From Promethearchaeia archaeon (GTDB lineage Archaea; Asgardarchaeota; Lokiarchaeia; Sigyniarchaeales; SOKP01), in NCBI GenBank assembly GCA_029856105.1, contig JAHQWH010000156.1:1-25459 (forward strand): 25,459 nt of DNA, read 5' to 3'. This document shows, piece after piece, positions 16,992 to 25,435 of the stretch; the stretch's first letter is position 1, and every line of letters begins with the position of its first letter. The notes under the pieces were generated by a model, which saw only the letters and a list, made by a program, of their open reading frames with translations, did no database searches and was not told where the DNA came from. Position numbers and translations under genes: made by a program.

Positions 16992-18215
16992 TCACATTCT
17001 TTCTAAAAGTATTGAGATTATATTGTTTCCAAATCCTCCAAAATTACATGTAATCCCCGTTTCAGCGCCATCAACTTGTCTCTTTCCCGCTTCACCTCTT
17101 AATTGCCAAACTAATTCTACAACTTGAGCAATACCCGTAGCACCTAGAGGATGTCCACGCGCCTTCAGACCACCGGAGGGATTAATGGGAATTTTTCCTC
17201 CAATTTCCGTCAAACCATCGTGTGCTGCTTTTGCTCCTTCTCCTTTTTTAAAAAAGCCAATGTCTTCGCTTTCCACAGCTTCAAGAATCTCGAAAGCATC
17301 GTGAAGCTCAGCAACATCAATATCTTCTGGAGTCTTTTTAGCCATTTTATAAGCTTGATCAGAACAAATTCTCAACGCTTTCAATACGGTAAGGTCTTCT
17401 CTTTCGTGAACTATGTGCGTATCAGTTGCTTGACCTATACCAGTAATTAGAATAGGAGTATCGCAATATTGTTTTGCAATTTCTGCTTTACATAATACTA
17501 AGGTAGCTGCTCCATCTGAAATAGGGCAAATATGAAAAAGTCTTAACGGATCAGAGATAATTGGGTTTGTCTTATCGTCCTTAAGGTAATCGTAAATATT
17601 ATCCCAATTTCCCTTTCCTTTTCGAATAGCACTCTCCATGAACTCGTCTAAAGTTTTTTGAAAATGTGCTACGGGGTTTAAAGCACCATTTTTATGGTTC
17701 TTAATTGCGATATCTGAAAGCCATTCCAATTTTGCGTTATATTTTTCTAAATATGTTCGCGTCAATAATCCTGCTAAAGAGGGAAGCGAAACACCGTGGC
17801 GTCTTTCTGCTTCGTGATGAGTCATAGTTGCCACATTAGAAGTTATAACTCCTGGAGTAGTAATGTGCGTCATCTTCTCACCACCAACGACTAAAACTAA
17901 ATCGTCCATTCCAGAAGCAATTGCTTGAAAACCAGCTTTTACAGCGGACCCTCCACTCGCAGGACCGTTCTTTATATGATCGGCTGCAGCGGGTAATAGA
18001 CTTATTCGGTCTACAAGAGCGCTCGCAAGGCCAGAAATCTGATTAAATTGTCCTGGGCTCATCGCACCCACATAAACGGAATTAAAATCTTTTTCGCTAG
18101 TATTAGAGTTATCAAGCGCTTCTAACGATGCTTCACAGAGTAAATCCATTAAACCCTTGTCTATTAATCTTCCGAATTTTGTGTGGCCTACTCCTATTAT
18201 CGCTACTTTGTTCAT
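16992..18215 (-). CDS. SCP2-type thiolase-family protein (acetyl-CoA acetyltransferase-like) lacking the N-terminal catalytic Cys
   Basis: VAIIGVGHTKFG, VVGGEKM, CPISDGAA, AELHDAF, INPSGGLKARGHPLGATG. The CASG motif reads NGPASGG. Confidence 0.9.
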   Translation of the reverse strand: MNKVAIIGVGHTKFGRLIDKGLMDLLCEASLEALDNSNTSEKDFNSVYVGAMSPGQFNQISGLASALVDRISLLPAAADHIKNGPASGGSAVKAGFQAIASGMDDLVLVVGGEKMTHITTPGVITSNVATMTHHEAERRHGVSLPSLAGLLTRTYLEKYNAKLEWLSDIAIKNHKNGALNPVAHFQKTLDEFMESAIRKGKGNWDNIYDYLKDDKTNPIISDPLRLFHICPISDGAATLVLCKAEIAKQYCDTPILITGIGQATDTHIVHEREDLTVLKALRICSDQAYKMAKKTPEDIDVAELHDAFEILEAVESEDIGFFKKGEGAKAAHDGLTEIGGKIPINPSGGLKARGHPLGATGIAQVVELVWQLRGEAGKRQVDGAETGITCNFGGFGNNIISILLERM

Positions 18216-18358
18216 AGTTATAACATATTTTTTTTATATTTAAGATGAATTATGATACATTTTGATTTTATTAAATAATAAGTTTAATACTAGTGAAATT
18301 TATTAAAATAAAATAATAATACTAAGTTAAATTGGATATATGCTCAAAATCCAAAGTC

Positions 18359-18958
18359 ATGACTCTTGTTGAAAATATAAAAATTATCAGAAATTTACCA
18401 GAGAGCTCTAAAATCAGAGCCTCAGAATTGGTTTACGAAGCATTTCAGAAAAAAATTAATTCTGTTATTAAAGAAAAAGAGAAAGCGATAAGGATCATAA
18501 CAAAATCTATAAATTATTCTGCTGGTTTTTATGCAGTTTATGAAAATTCTTTAGTTGGAATTGCAGGAACGCAATCTAAAGGGAATCGATTTATAAAAGT
18601 TAAATTTTCGTATTTTCACGAGGAATATGGGTTTTTTAAAGCGTTAATTAAAAAGATCTATTTCAACTTTGATTCTATAGGAACGATTAAAAATGATGAA
18701 TTAGAATTAACTGCGCTTTCAGTCCAAAAAGAGATGAGAAGTAGGAAGATAGGCACTAAACTTATAAATAGTATTATTCTTTATGCCAAAAATAATGGAT
18801 ATAAAAAAGTAATACTCACAGTGGTTGATACCAATCCACTAGCAAAAAAACTTTATGAAAAAATTGGATTTAATAAGCATAAAACAAAAAAATATGGTTT
18901 CTTAACTCGCTCTGCTGGTTTTAAGGAAGTTACTCACATGGTAATAAATTTAAATTAA
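18359..18958 (+). CDS. GNAT-family N-acetyltransferase
   Basis: LSVQKEMRSRKIGTKLI (acetyl-CoA-binding motif A) and LTVVDTNPLAKKLYEKIGF. ATG 18359 preferred over TTG 18332. Confidence 0.88.
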   Translation: MTLVENIKIIRNLPESSKIRASELVYEAFQKKINSVIKEKEKAIRIITKSINYSAGFYAVYENSLVGIAGTQSKGNRFIKVKFSYFHEEYGFFKALIKKIYFNFDSIGTIKNDELELTALSVQKEMRSRKIGTKLINSIILYAKNNGYKKVILTVVDTNPLAKKLYEKIGFNKHKTKKYGFLTRSAGFKEVTHMVINLN

Positions 18959-19026
18959 ATCATCGTAATCGAAGAATAAGGTTTTTTCTAATTATATTTA
19001 TATTGATATAGAATTAAGAATATAAT

Positions 19027-19860
19027 ATGAAATTCGAAAATTTAATTTATAAAGAGACGGACCAAGTGGCTTGGATAACGCTCAATCGACCTGATGTCAT
19101 GAACGCTTTAAGCATGAAACTTTCTGAAGAAATAGTAACTGCTATAGAAATCGTAAGGCAGTCTACAAAACTCAAGTTCTTAGTTATCAAGGGCGCGGGG
19201 AATAATTTCTGCGTGGGCGATGATATTAAAGAAATGATTAAGTGGGGAAATGCGAATGATATAACAAGACGAGTAAGATACTACCAAAATATGGCTAATC
19301 AACTCGAAGAGTTAGATAAAATTTCGATTGCAGCTGTAGACGGTTTTGCTGTAGGAGGTGGTTTGGAAGTTACTATGGTATGTGATTTTGTAATTGCCAC
19401 CGAACGCTCGAAATGGGGCATGCCCGAAGTGGACGTTGGGATAACTCCCGGATGGGGCGGTACCACGCGATTATCTCGACTTATAGGTCGAAGGAGAGCT
19501 AAGGAAATTAATCTTATCGGCGCGCTCCACTCTGGAGAAAAGGCAGTAGAATGGAATCTATGGAACCGGGTTGTGCCCAACAATCAACTTGATACCGAAG
19601 TAGAACTGTTATTGGATGTGCTTAAATCCAAAAATCAGCAAGGTATGCGTCAATTAAAATTCATAATTAACCGCGGAGTAGAGTGTGACTTATATACTGC
19701 TCAAGGCTTTGAGGTTTTATCTGGTGCTTTAACTGGAGCTGTTAGCGGAATGTGGAAAATAAAGGACGCCGATCAAGGCAAGGGTGTAATCGGATTCACC
19801 GAAAAGGACGGTCTGTGGCAAACTAGAAGGCGGTTAGCAAAAGATTTTTGGGTTGATTAA
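19027..19860 (+). CDS. Enoyl-CoA hydratase/isomerase (crotonase) family protein
   Basis: ITLNRPDVMNALS, FCVGDDI, AVDGFAVGGGLE, WGMPEVDVGITPGWGGT. Both catalytic Glu positions are present. Confidence 0.92.
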   Translation: MKFENLIYKETDQVAWITLNRPDVMNALSMKLSEEIVTAIEIVRQSTKLKFLVIKGAGNNFCVGDDIKEMIKWGNANDITRRVRYYQNMANQLEELDKISIAAVDGFAVGGGLEVTMVCDFVIATERSKWGMPEVDVGITPGWGGTTRLSRLIGRRRAKEINLIGALHSGEKAVEWNLWNRVVPNNQLDTEVELLLDVLKSKNQQGMRQLKFIINRGVECDLYTAQGFEVLSGALTGAVSGMWKIKDADQGKGVIGFTEKDGLWQTRRRLAKDFWVD

Positions 19861-20420
19861 TGCTTATGAAGATACAAATTAATAAAACAACCACTCCTAT
19901 CGTATCGCCTGCCGTTGTTGTTACGGTAGGTGAATGGGACGAAGCAAATCTCATAACACTTGCGTGGGTTGCTCGAGTAGTATCTGAACCACCAGTAATG
20001 TCCGTTTCTATTCGACCATCAAGGCACTCGTATTCACTAATTGAAAAATTGGAAGAATTCGTGGTTAACGTTCCGAACGCAGACCAAATTCGAGAGATGG
20101 ATTTCTGTGGAACGAGAACGGGGAAGAAAGTAGATAAATGGAAAGAACTTAACTTAACGAAACTAAAAGGTGCTGAAGTAGAAGTACCACTCATTAAAGA
20201 ATTCCCGATTAATATCGAATGTAAAGTCATCAAAAAAATAATGCTTGGCAGTCACGTAATTTATTTAGGCGATGTTTTAGCAGTTCATGTCGATGAAGAA
20301 AAATTAACCGGTAGAAAACTAGATCCGTTAAAGCAGGACCAAATTGTATACATCGCGGGAAATTATTATGGCTTAGTTAAAGAACCGCTTGAAAAACAAG
20401 CATTTTCTGTGAGGTCCTAA
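19860..20420 (+). CDS. Flavin reductase-like FMN-binding protein (DIM6/NTAB family)
   Basis: PAVVVT...NLITLAW...VSEPP..SVSIRPSRHSY..I....EFVVNVP...DFCGTRTG..VDK...IECKV...GSH. TAATG overlap with the crotonase stop. Confidence 0.9.
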   Translation: MLMKIQINKTTTPIVSPAVVVTVGEWDEANLITLAWVARVVSEPPVMSVSIRPSRHSYSLIEKLEEFVVNVPNADQIREMDFCGTRTGKKVDKWKELNLTKLKGAEVEVPLIKEFPINIECKVIKKIMLGSHVIYLGDVLAVHVDEEKLTGRKLDPLKQDQIVYIAGNYYGLVKEPLEKQAFSVRS

Positions 20421-20563
20421 TTAGTATTACAATAGGGAATTGAAAAATAGAACGAATCAGAAATAAGAAAAACGGAAAAATTAATTAGACATGGATCGTT
20501 AATTTAATTAATTCTTTAAGAATAGAATAAAGAATTGTTTTCAAAAAAAAATTGGTTTTAAAA

Positions 20564-20842
20564 TTGGTAAAAGGAACAGTAAAATGGTTTAATAGCCGAA
20601 AAGGCTTTGGATTTATAAACTCTGAAGAAGGAAACGATGTATTCGTTCATTACACCGCACTATCTGGTGGAGAGGACGAATATTTGACGCTAAACGAAAA
20701 CGATAAGGTTGAGTTTGACGTAACAGAAGGTCAGAAAGGACCACAAGCTTCAAATGTTGTGGTAACCGAGAAAGCTCCCCCACAGTTTGGTTCATATAAC
20801 CGCGGTGGTGGCGGTGGCGGCGGTAGACGAAATCGCTATTAA
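20564..20842 (+). CDS. cspA: Cold-shock domain protein with a Gly/Arg-rich tail
   Basis: [16 protein letters not shown] (RNP1), DVFVHY (RNP2), [13 protein letters not shown] 20564 (MVKGTVKW) preferred over TTG 20552. Confidence 0.93.
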   Translation: MVKGTVKWFNSRKGFGFINSEEGNDVFVHYTALSGGEDEYLTLNENDKVEFDVTEGQKGPQASNVVVTEKAPPQFGSYNRGGGGGGGRRNRY

Positions 20843-21280
20843 TTTATTAATTAAGTGAAGTAGTATAAATCTAACAAAGTAATAATTTAACATAAGTATT
20901 AAATAATAATTAGTAAAAATTTTTGCGATTTTGCGATTGTTATCTAACCTTATCTTTTTTTTAATAATTTTTAATATGAACTATTGATTTTGAGATTATT
21001 AAATATTTTTTTAACTATTCTTCTTCAAATATTAGACTTTGTTATTTTTAATGTAATAAAACATACGGTTCTATCTTCCTCAGCAAGAAGAAATGGTCAA
21101 AATAGCTTCCAAGGTTGTGCCACCGCTCAAGTATATATTTTTTATAAATAATAATAGATATGATACATTCTTAGGCTCTTTTTTGTTGATTTAATGCGAA
21201 AAATGCTTCCTAATTATAAAAATAGTCTACATAGAAAAAGAAAACACTTTGAAAAATAAAAAAAAAGATATTTTATTGTT

Positions 21281-23275
21281 TTAATTTAACTTGTCTTTCA
21301 TTTCCATATAGTAATCTAAAGAGGTAGGATTCCTTAATGCGCTTCGGTTGGTCACTTCCATGCCATGAATGATTTTAGTCACGGCAATTTCGACTTTCTT
21401 ATTGCTGAAAGTGTAAGGTATGCCATCTGTGGGTGCAGCAAAGATTAGTTTAGGCACATGTCTTGGCGATGTCTTTTCACGCAATGTTGTCCTAATCTTG
21501 GCTTTTAAATCGTCCGTTAATTCGTATCCTTCATTCAAGAGAACGAACATTATTATTCGGATATCCCCGGAGTACTTCTGACCTATAACAAGACTATCAG
21601 CGATCTCAGGTAATTGTTCTACAACGTTATAGATTTCGGCAGTACCAATTCGTACTCCAGCAGGTTTTAAAACAGCGTCCGATCGACCCCAGAAGGTAAT
21701 ACCACCTGTATCGCTATGAATGACTATATAATCGCCATGTCTCCAAACCATCTTTCCTACGTCTTTATAGTAGTCAAAATAGGCAGCTTTATATTTTGTC
21801 ATGTCATCGTCATCGCCCCAAAAATAGATTGGCATCGAAGGTACGGGAGCTTCACACACAAGTTCGGCCTGTAAATCTTCAATAGGTTCGGCTTTCTCAG
21901 AATACGATTCTACTTTCATCGCTAAAGCACGCCCTTGCAATTCTCCAGAATATACCGGTAAAATAGGTATCGCTCCAGCAAAACAACCGTTAATATCTGT
22001 TCCGCCACTGATTGAATTGAAAAAGAGATCTTTTTTAATCTCTCGATAGACGTATTCAAAACCTTCAGGAGATAATGTGGATGCAGTTTGCGAGATCTCT
22101 CTTAATGCACTTAGGTCATATTTCTCAGCAGGTTTTACCCCAAGTCCCATTAGGTAATGAATATACGCAGCACTAGTACCAAATATAGTTACCTTATGTT
22201 TTTCTATTAATTCAAAAAATCTCAATGGTTCAGGGTAAAGAGGATTACCATCGTATAAAAATATTGTACAACCTACTGCTAGTCCACTAATGAGCCAATT
22301 CCACATCATCCAAGAAGGAGCTGTAATATAATTTAGAACATCGCTTCTTTTTACATCAGTAGATAAGATTAATTCTTTTAAATGATTGATCAATACACCA
22401 CCAGCGCCTTGAACCATACACTTAGGTTTCCCCGTTGTTCCTGATGAAAACATCACGTATAGAGGATGATCAAAAGGTAATTGTTCAAATTCAAGATTAG
22501 GATCTTCCTCCTTTGAAATAAAGTCATCCCAATGTACTGCATTTGGAATGTGACTTATCTCAGGCTTTCCGTCAGTGATGTAAGACGCCACCACTACTTT
22601 TTCTATCGAAGGAATAGCTTCAGCCACAGTTTTAGCATTCTCACTAATATTGAATTTTTTATCCCTATAATAATATCCATCAACTGTAAAGAGAACTTTT
22701 GGCTCAATTTGTCCAAAACGATCGATGACTGCGTTCGGTTGTAATTCCGCACCACATGAAGCCCAAGTTGCTCCAATAGCAGTAGCAGCTAACATGGCAA
22801 TAGGGGTTTCAATCAAGTTTGGAATGTAGGAAACAACTCGATCACCTACTTTAACACCCATTTCCTTGAGAGATTTTGCTAAGCGTGCAACTACTTTATT
22901 TAGTTCAGCATAAGTAATCTGCTTCGAAACCTTGGTTTCTCCTTGAAAAACAAAAGCTAATTGGTCATCTTTATACTTGAGCAGATTTTCCGCAAAATTC
23001 AATCTTGCTCCGGGAAACCATTTAGTTCCTGGGAAAACGCTTAGATCCTCAACTACTCTATCATATGTCTTGGAAGCTACGATACCTCCAAAGTCCCACA
23101 TAGCCGCCCAGAAATTCTCGATCTTTTCTACAGACCATCTATATAGATCTTTACCTCCCTTAATCTCTTGACCATATTTTTTATTTACATATTCGATAAA
23201 CTTGGTGATCTCAGCATTTTTAATCCATTCATCGGAGGGTTCCCATAATTTTTTTTTATTTGAAATGATTAACAC
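21281..23275 (-). CDS. acsA: Acetoacetate-CoA ligase (acetoacetyl-CoA synthetase family)
   Basis: WFPGARLNFAENLL, DRFGQIEPKVLF, MFSSGTTGKPKCMVQ, ISGGTDI, WRHGD, GRSDAVLKPAGVRIGTAEIY, NKKVE. The true start may be ATT at 23266. Confidence 0.92.
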   Translation of the reverse strand: MLIISNKKKLWEPSDEWIKNAEITKFIEYVNKKYGQEIKGGKDLYRWSVEKIENFWAAMWDFGGIVASKTYDRVVEDLSVFPGTKWFPGARLNFAENLLKYKDDQLAFVFQGETKVSKQITYAELNKVVARLAKSLKEMGVKVGDRVVSYIPNLIETPIAMLAATAIGATWASCGAELQPNAVIDRFGQIEPKVLFTVDGYYYRDKKFNISENAKTVAEAIPSIEKVVVASYITDGKPEISHIPNAVHWDDFISKEEDPNLEFEQLPFDHPLYVMFSSGTTGKPKCMVQGAGGVLINHLKELILSTDVKRSDVLNYITAPSWMMWNWLISGLAVGCTIFLYDGNPLYPEPLRFFELIEKHKVTIFGTSAAYIHYLMGLGVKPAEKYDLSALREISQTASTLSPEGFEYVYREIKKDLFFNSISGGTDINGCFAGAIPILPVYSGELQGRALAMKVESYSEKAEPIEDLQAELVCEAPVPSMPIYFWGDDDDMTKYKAAYFDYYKDVGKMVWRHGDYIVIHSDTGGITFWGRSDAVLKPAGVRIGTAEIYNVVEQLPEIADSLVIGQKYSGDIRIIMFVLLNEGYELTDDLKAKIRTTLREKTSPRHVPKLIFAAPTDGIPYTFSNKKVEIAVTKIIHGMEVTNRSALRNPTSLDYYMEMKDKLN

Positions 23276-23609
23276 CTCGTAATTTGTAATCTTTCGACAT
23301 TATATTTAATTCGTTTATACTAATTGATTATTGAATATTTCTATTACGATATTTTTTCTATTAAATTTTTCTGAATTGCAATATTTAAGTGTTTCTTGCA
23401 ATTAAAATAGTAAAAAATTGTTGTTTTCACTTTTGTATTTAAGAGATTTTCAACAAAAATATTCTATAAAATTTAATATTTTAACGTTTATTATAAATAT
23501 ATTCCCATTTTTCTTATTATCTTCTAACTTATTAACAGAATTTATAATTTAAAGTTAATTTTTAATCATAGATTTAATTATTCTACATAAATAGATTTTT
23601 TAATAAAGG

Positions 23610-24641
23610 GTGCTAAAAATTTCTGAAATAAAGATTTTAAAAGAAGGGAAAGGAGAAATCTTCTGTAAAAATACGCCTTCTGAAGTCAGAAAATGGACCA
23701 GAGAGAATAAATCGCGTGCTTTAATAGATAAACGTATGAACATTAAAGATGCCGTAAAAAAGTACATTAAAGATGGTGATTATTTAGCTATTGGAGGATT
23801 TGGCCACATTAGAATCCCCATGGCTATAATATACGAAATCGTAAGGCAACGAATTAAAAATTTATCCGTTGCGGGGCATACTGCTGTTCAAGATATTGAT
23901 ATGTTAATGGCCGGTGGTTGTGTGTCTGCTGTTGATATTGCTTATGTCGTTGGATTTGAACTACGGGGGCTTTCTGGAGTTCAGAGACGGCTTTTTGAAA
24001 GTGGTCAAGTTAAAAAAACAGATTACACTAATGGAGCAATGTCTTATCGTATTCGAGCTGGTGCTCAAGGCGTACCGTTTATTCCAGTTAAGGTAATGCT
24101 TGGAACTGATACGATGATGCATTCCCCAGGCAAAGTTGTTAAGTGCCCATTTACCGGAGAGAAAGTATTATTATTACCATCGTTAAACCCTGATGTTTGT
24201 ATAATTCACGCACATAGAGCAGATATGTATGGGAACGTTCAAATTGACGGACATATCGTTAAAGACGACTTACAAGCGAGAGCATCAAAGAGGGTTATAG
24301 TCATGTGTGAAGAATTAATTAGCGACGACATCATTAGACAAGACCCAGGTAAGACCGTCATTCCTTTTTACATGGTAGATGCTGTTGTAGAGCAACCTTG
24401 GGGTTCACATCCCGGTAATATGCCGTATAAATACTATTTTGACCACAAATTTACTGAAGATTACTTAGCAGTAGGTAGGAACAAAGATCCAAAAGTATTA
24501 GAAAAATGGTTAGAGGATTGGGTATATAGTCTTGATAGTTTTGACGATTATTTAGTGAAATTAGGACCTAGAAGGCTATATAACCTTAGGGATGCCGAAT
24601 TTTTAAGAAAACCAGTGGGGGGATTAAAAAATGACCGCTGA
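23610..24641 (+). CDS. gctA: Family I CoA-transferase, subunit A (glutaconate CoA-transferase-like)
   Basis: IKDGDYLAIGGF, RAGAQGVPFIP, LGTD, CPFTGE, PDVCIIHAHRADMYGN, VDAVVEQPWGSHP. The true start may be ATT at 23619. Substrate is not determinable from sequence. Confidence 0.85.
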   Translation: MLKISEIKILKEGKGEIFCKNTPSEVRKWTRENKSRALIDKRMNIKDAVKKYIKDGDYLAIGGFGHIRIPMAIIYEIVRQRIKNLSVAGHTAVQDIDMLMAGGCVSAVDIAYVVGFELRGLSGVQRRLFESGQVKKTDYTNGAMSYRIRAGAQGVPFIPVKVMLGTDTMMHSPGKVVKCPFTGEKVLLLPSLNPDVCIIHAHRADMYGNVQIDGHIVKDDLQARASKRVIVMCEELISDDIIRQDPGKTVIPFYMVDAVVEQPWGSHPGNMPYKYYFDHKFTEDYLAVGRNKDPKVLEKWLEDWVYSLDSFDDYLVKLGPRRLYNLRDAEFLRKPVGGLKNDR

Positions 24642-25410
24642 AAATTATTCATTAAGAGAATTAATGGCAGTTGTTGCAGCTAGACAATTGCAAGATGGAA
24701 AATCACTAGCAGTGGGAACGGGGCTACCGCTAGTAGCAGCAATGTTTGCTCAGCTAACTCATGCTCCCAATTTGGTTATCTTTTTTGAAGCTGGTGGAAT
24801 CGCACCACAATTACCTACGCTTCCCGTATCCGTTGGAGATTCACGAACAATTCATAAAGCCTTATGCACAACCACACTAATCGATATTATGGATTCTATG
24901 CGTAGAGGCTTTATTGATTACGCCTTTTTAGGTGGAGCACAAATAGATAGTTATGGTAATCTTAATTCCACTATGATCGGAGACGATTACGAAAAACCTA
25001 AAGTGCGATTTCCTGGTTCAGGAGGTGCAAACGATTTTGGTTCGCTCGCTTGGGAAACGCTTATAATCATGGATCGCCATAGTCCTCGAAGATTTATTGA
25101 AAAAGTAGATTTCATTACAACACCGGGTTTTTTATATGGTCCTGGGGCCAGAGAAGAAGAGGGTTTATCTGAAGATACTGGTCCTTCGCGCGTTATTACA
25201 GATTTATGTTTAATGGATTTTGAACCAAAATCAAAACGAATGAGGTTAATTGCAACTCATCCAGGAATTACGGTTGATGACGTAATAAAAGCTACTGGTT
25301 TTGAATTAATTATTGCTGATGATGTGGAAACTACTAAACCTCCCACTAAGGAGGATTTAAGATTATTGCACGAAGTAATAGACCCTAACGGTTTTGTATT
25401 TAAAAAATAA
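24631..25410 (+). CDS. gctB: Family I CoA-transferase, subunit B (glutaconate CoA-transferase-like)
   Basis: VGTGLP, FEAGG (catalytic Glu position), FLGGAQIDSYGNLNST, PGSGGAND, FIEKVDFITTPG, VITDL. Overlaps subunit A by 11 nt. Confidence 0.87.
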   Translation: MTAENYSLRELMAVVAARQLQDGKSLAVGTGLPLVAAMFAQLTHAPNLVIFFEAGGIAPQLPTLPVSVGDSRTIHKALCTTTLIDIMDSMRRGFIDYAFLGGAQIDSYGNLNSTMIGDDYEKPKVRFPGSGGANDFGSLAWETLIIMDRHSPRRFIEKVDFITTPGFLYGPGAREEEGLSEDTGPSRVITDLCLMDFEPKSKRMRLIATHPGITVDDVIKATGFELIIADDVETTKPPTKEDLRLLHEVIDPNGFVFKK

Positions 25411-25411
25411 A

Positions 25412-25435
25412 TCTTTTTTTTAATTTTTTTTTATT
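25412..25435 (+). terminator. Archaeal-type oligo-T terminator after the CoA-transferase genes
   Basis: Two T runs (8 and 9 nt) immediately after the stop codon at 25410. Confidence 0.45.

Noticed and set aside
19027-20420. Higher GC as evidence of recent horizontal transfer
   Set aside because: The mutase, thiolase and ligase genes show similarly raised GC; amino-acid composition explains it without a proper codon-usage analysis.
21050-21180. IS remnant (minus-strand LERWHNL resembling an integrase-core motif) or riboswitch
   Set aside because: Only a few residues match, with no DDE context, terminal repeats or riboswitch consensus.
927-24096. Short overlapping ORFs in the track (927, 2596, 3468, 6236, 6807, 11604, 11652, 12783, 13527, 16435, 17151, 19299, 19823, 20613, 22532, 22977, 23914)
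   Set aside because: All are antisense or alternate-frame shadows of well-supported longer genes, with no recognisable motifs.
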